Assembly: GCA_046484055.1 (NCBI GenBank)
Contig: JAWOBY010000066.1
Location: forward strand, 18,928 to 82,927
Origin: Candidatus Woesearchaeota archaeon
GTDB lineage: Archaea; Nanobdellota; Nanobdellia; Woesearchaeales; UBA12501
Direction of reading: 5' to 3'
Length of the DNA: 64,000 nucleotides
In this document: positions 61,701-64,000 of the stretch, piece after piece
Position numbering within the stretch: the stretch's first letter is position 1
How the letters are laid out: the number at the start of each line of letters is the position of its first letter
Notes under the pieces: generated by a model
What the model was told of the DNA's origin: nothing
Databases searched by the model: none
Seen by the model: the letters and a program-made list of their open reading frames with translations, nothing else
Program-made: the position numbers and the translations under genes

Positions 61701-63060
61701 GCTGATTCTTCATATATTCCGCGAACTGCAGAGATGTCGCGCGCTCTGCAGCGAAAAGCTTTATCTCTCCGTTCTCTGTTATGCAGATTGAAGCCCTCTG
61801 CCTCACGCCCTTGTCATTCCTGACCACAACACTTCCTTTTTTTATGAATGTCCTGAAGTCGCTTACAGCTGAGCTAACTGAACTCATCTGCTCATCACTG
61901 TATGATCTGAACTCTTCAGCAGTGATTATCTTCTGCATACCATCCTCAACAACAAAGAAATTCTCCTCCTCCATATCCCCCCTGCCTTCTATCAGTTCTC
62001 CGTAGGCTATTATGTCTGTTGTGGGGCTGAAGTCGGGCTCGAAATAGACTCCGTTTATTGCCGCAACAGAATCAGGCACCCCTCCTATGATCTCCTTGAG
62101 CGGGGCTGACCTCTTGCCCAGCACCTCATCAGCTGTGACTGTCCTCAACACATATTGCCTGGGGTCAAGAGTGGCTGTGTACGACCTGCCCCCATTGAGT
62201 GTTGATTCCTGGATGTTTATTCCAGCCCCTTCAGAAAGCGCGGTGATGCTCTCTGTCTGGGACGAGCCTGGAATACAAAGGTTTCCCTGCACCCCTCCTA
62301 TATCAGGCACTGCAGCGACCCCCTGTGGCGTGCTGGTCTGAGTTCCCGCGTACTCCTTTATGGAATCCAATAATAACTCTGCCAGCTTCTGCCTGAAGCC
62401 ATCATCATTGAGTCTCGGATCATCAGTGTTGCTCAACTCTATCAGGGCGGTGGCTGCCTTGTCTGATTCTGACGCTTTCCTCAGGAAGTAGAGGTATTGG
62501 CTGTATTTTTTTAATGGTTTGTTGCTCACATCCCCGAACTTTCTTGCTATTATCTCGCCCAGTTTCTTGTCTTCCGCGCTGCCTGCGCTCCAGTCGCACT
62601 TCTCCCTGTACTTGTCTGCTGAGGGGCAGTGTATTATCACCTTGCTCCCCTTGCAGTTCAGGCAGTCGCTGTGTATGTCTATTATGACATCCGCGTCCGC
62701 TTTCAGGGCCTTGCCTGCCCTCTTCTCAAGGTTCTTCTTGCTGCCCCCGCTGCAGTCTTCAACCCTTGTCATCACAGCATTGCCGCCTTCTGATTCCACC
62801 ATGGCTTTAAGTTTCATCGCTACGTCCTGGACTATCTCAGCCTCTCCCGGCGCGCCCGCGTTACAGCCCGTACCTGCAGGAGTCCCGTGCCCCGCTTCTA
62901 TCGCTATGGTTTTTCCCGAGAGTGCCTGTGCGCTTGCGCTAAAAGATGACATGGAGGCGCAGATCATCAGGAGAGCTGCCAATAACAGGATTCTTGAAGG
63001 ATGCAATTCCTGCTTTGCATTTCCGATGCTTGTGCCTCTCTTCTTGTTTATATTCCCCAT
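58705..63060 (-). CDS. Secreted multidomain cell-wall hydrolase: Amidase_3 + NAGPA-like + GH73 + NlpC/P60 + SLT-like + Cys-rich C-terminal domain
   Basis: Signal peptide; IEAGHG/E/DIHSD/LIELS; INGVYF..ALDGGSST; AQAALESGYG..NNFFGVKG..GYATDP; YQLGG..DCSG..PGD..H; IIAVESGG..GLMRV. Confidence 0.88.
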   Translation of the reverse strand: MGNINKKRGTSIGNAKQELHPSRILLLAALLMICASMSSFSASAQALSGKTIAIEAGHGTPAGTGCNAGAPGEAEIVQDVAMKLKAMVESEGGNAVMTRVEDCSGGSKKNLEKRAGKALKADADVIIDIHSDCLNCKGSKVIIHCPSADKYREKCDWSAGSAEDKKLGEIIARKFGDVSNKPLKKYSQYLYFLRKASESDKAATALIELSNTDDPRLNDDGFRQKLAELLLDSIKEYAGTQTSTPQGVAAVPDIGGVQGNLCIPGSSQTESITALSEGAGINIQESTLNGGRSYTATLDPRQYVLRTVTADEVLGKRSAPLKEIIGGVPDSVAAINGVYFEPDFSPTTDIIAYGELIEGRGDMEEENFFVVEDGMQKIITAEEFRSYSDEQMSSVSSAVSDFRTFIKKGSVVVRNDKGVRQRASICITENGEIKLFAAERATSLQFAEYMKNQHKCTRTIALDGGSSTSLEYHVSGRDVSIRSGGETKSFSDSGRSIPMALVAVKKKRQSAGIASSSGSASQTTGQITGSAVNSITGMPVSSTGSSCPDFSMHGGKERGFFSKYWDDAVAASRGSIELAKFTLAQAALESGYGSSGLTKNANNFFGVKGSGDAGSYRTETTEYYEGKRTTVTADFAKYSSATESFRAHIELLEKSRHSSKRREMFGTSDITKLTAPQILEATREAGYATDPYYISKVMPIIRKLDESTACMGGMTTATAGGRALRCVCEYTPDRGGEDVSAGTGQERARTVSGIIDELTSKYYNTEYQLGGSTPGRGIDCSGWVHFLVNEIRERKGMEGLGSGHGPLAEQWGSPKYSTMISESEARPGDIVLLDRPSGGTNNWMSKRTWDHVLMIYGKGGELWTSESGGGSHLKDRPLKEFMKIRRAQQEKKPGMKIGFARPKGFDSFTKADLGGGNSITTAAVAEPGSPDGNEDNIITGLVSRLFGPSLNPMTDRTQHPTGPAGNEASGTAIETAITGMDIAEDNLPDYDFSQIDHTLDDSSDWDKAKGRIKEYEEHITEMNEHYDLPAGLIKGIIAVESGGDPTPFEESEDNMFCNDEGCVCNKNGYCGLMRVGPATESGLGPNECEEETCKWDDFIKGMEGAGDQIGAGAISLKNTIKECSVVPETNGDYYYWISLCYRYGEGVAKEIRSLASEREDKMAEEIKWEDITLEDAEDLAESRGWSKEFAEGMYEYPSRVMAAVKRAVTREGDSMMVEAGGSPYVCEYKPVDYMKIGEYYANPSFRAETDYDPEVYSKLIRTAKEIIHECKDESSDGLRECVKEAVDDRREIDDDLLLFNGPCDYQENMISDFAEWTKACAESESDQCTCEIPLEYEYEKEDSSEEVTISASGSGKIKITSETPDASYSFPGSVEDSKRIRTESGVETLYAKKDGNTLTFTDDDSGTRCEVEKRNYKLCVRTESMSSVYDPEKRRAVREPIEYKFALDFKE

Positions 63061-63069
63061 CCTACCCTC

Positions 63070-64000
63070 TCATCTTTCGTTTCCTGTCTTTTTTTCCATA
63101 AGTTTCTGGATATCCTTCTGCTTCCATCCTCTCTGTGCAAGCCATTCTATTATCTGGCTGTCTTTGTAGCCCAGCCTCTTGTAATAATTGTACTCATACT
63201 CCAGTCTCGGGTTCAATAATCCTTTTTCTCTTCTCCTGGATACTATGATTGCGATGAATCCTGTTGCAAGAATGATGATCAGGATTGCCAAGCCGCTCCA
63301 TAAAAGACTCGGCCCGTCATCTTCTGTCGTGTATAGGAAACCCTCCCCTGGGCCGCCATAACCCTCATAATCCTCGTACTCATCCTCAAGCTCTTCCTGA
63401 TATGATCCGGCGAACTCCTGCTTATCCTCCACGCATTCTCCATCACAGCAGGCATTTCCTTCAGTTCCACGGGAAAGGATTTCTCCTTCACATTCCTGCC
63501 ATGGCCTGCACAACTCACCTCCTGATATCCTGCAGGATGCATTCACATCCGGCCTCCCGTCAATCCAGCTTTCTTTTTCCTTGCCTGCGCCCTCTCCTTC
63601 CAGCTCCCAGAGATCATCGGAAGATGCGATATCATCCCCATAATTACTGTATCTGGGCTCTCTTTCTTCGGCTTCAGCAGAGAGGTCTATGCATCTGCCG
63701 ATGCAGCACAGAATATCTCCCATCTGCTGCACTGAACCGCCGCATGCCTCCTCTGAATAGCATTGCTCACCGCCTTTTATCCTGCATTCCCTGCTGTCTT
63801 CTCCTGTCCCTATCTCTATGCACTCGCCGAGGCAGCACGAATCAGCGTATTCGCCGTGCTCGAATGTGGATACTATCTCGCCGTCGCACTCCTCTGTCAC
63901 GCTGCAGAGCTCTCCGCCGTAATTCAGCTCGCATTCAGGCGGCCCCTGATCATTGTAGAAGCATCCTTCCTCCTCACAATCCTGGCAGTCAGCGTCCATG
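63070..64000 (-). CDS. Membrane-anchored protein with Cys-rich repeats; 5' end probably outside the window
   Basis: Three C-x(3-5)-GG-x2-C-x5-C-x-G...CC-x-G-x-C repeats, acidic linkers, C-terminal TM and GY...I...L...GW tail. Confidence 0.75.
   Translation of the reverse strand, partial: MDADCQDCEEEGCFYNDQGPPECELNYGGELCSVTEECDGEIVSTFEHGEYADSCCLGECIEIGTGEDSRECRIKGGEQCYSEEACGGSVQQMGDILCCIGRCIDLSAEAEEREPRYSNYGDDIASSDDLWELEGEGAGKEKESWIDGRPDVNASCRISGGELCRPWQECEGEILSRGTEGNACCDGECVEDKQEFAGSYQEELEDEYEDYEGYGGPGEGFLYTTEDDGPSLLWSGLAILIIILATGFIAIIVSRRREKGLLNPRLEYEYNYYKRLGYKDSQIIEWLAQRGWKQKDIQKLMEKKTGNER

Noticed and set aside
1092-63542. Numerous long antisense or overlapping ORFs in the ORF track (e.g. 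1092-1880, 20525-21124, 62519-63169)
   Set aside because: They are shadows of well-supported genes on the opposite strand, with S/F/L-rich non-protein-like composition
1-64000. CRISPR array, transposase, integrase or provirus
   Set aside because: No regularly spaced repeats or recognisable mobile-element proteins were seen

Overview
Archaeal chromosomal segment, most consistent with a DPANN (Woesearchaeota-like) genome; this lineage call is inferred from gene content and style and was not tested. Most of the window is housekeeping: PAN, FEN1, RFC-S, pelota, pheS/pheT, rpl14e/rpl34e, TFE, TBP, aIF2-beta, MCM, RPA and RadA. A cdc6-polD locus sits next to an ORB-flanked, AT-rich replication origin. 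The window also has an ackA-acs-pta acetate module, an iscS-iscU-thiI-ttuA sulfur/tRNA-thiolation operon and a two-intron tRNA-Trp. The main finding is a 1451-aa secreted polyprotein (58705-63060). It joins four peptidoglycan-hydrolase domains (Amidase_3, GH73 glucosaminidase, NlpC/P60, SLT-like lytic transglycosylase) and a NAGPA-type phosphodiester glycosidase, with the expected catalytic motifs visible, in an organism that should lack peptidoglycan. Other oddities are two inverted TrmB paralogs sharing perfectly identical 114- and 59-bp blocks, a tandem array of paralogous surface proteins led by a pilin-like gene with an in-frame TAG, and a PP-loop-less ThiI. All calls come from reading motifs by eye; no searches were run.
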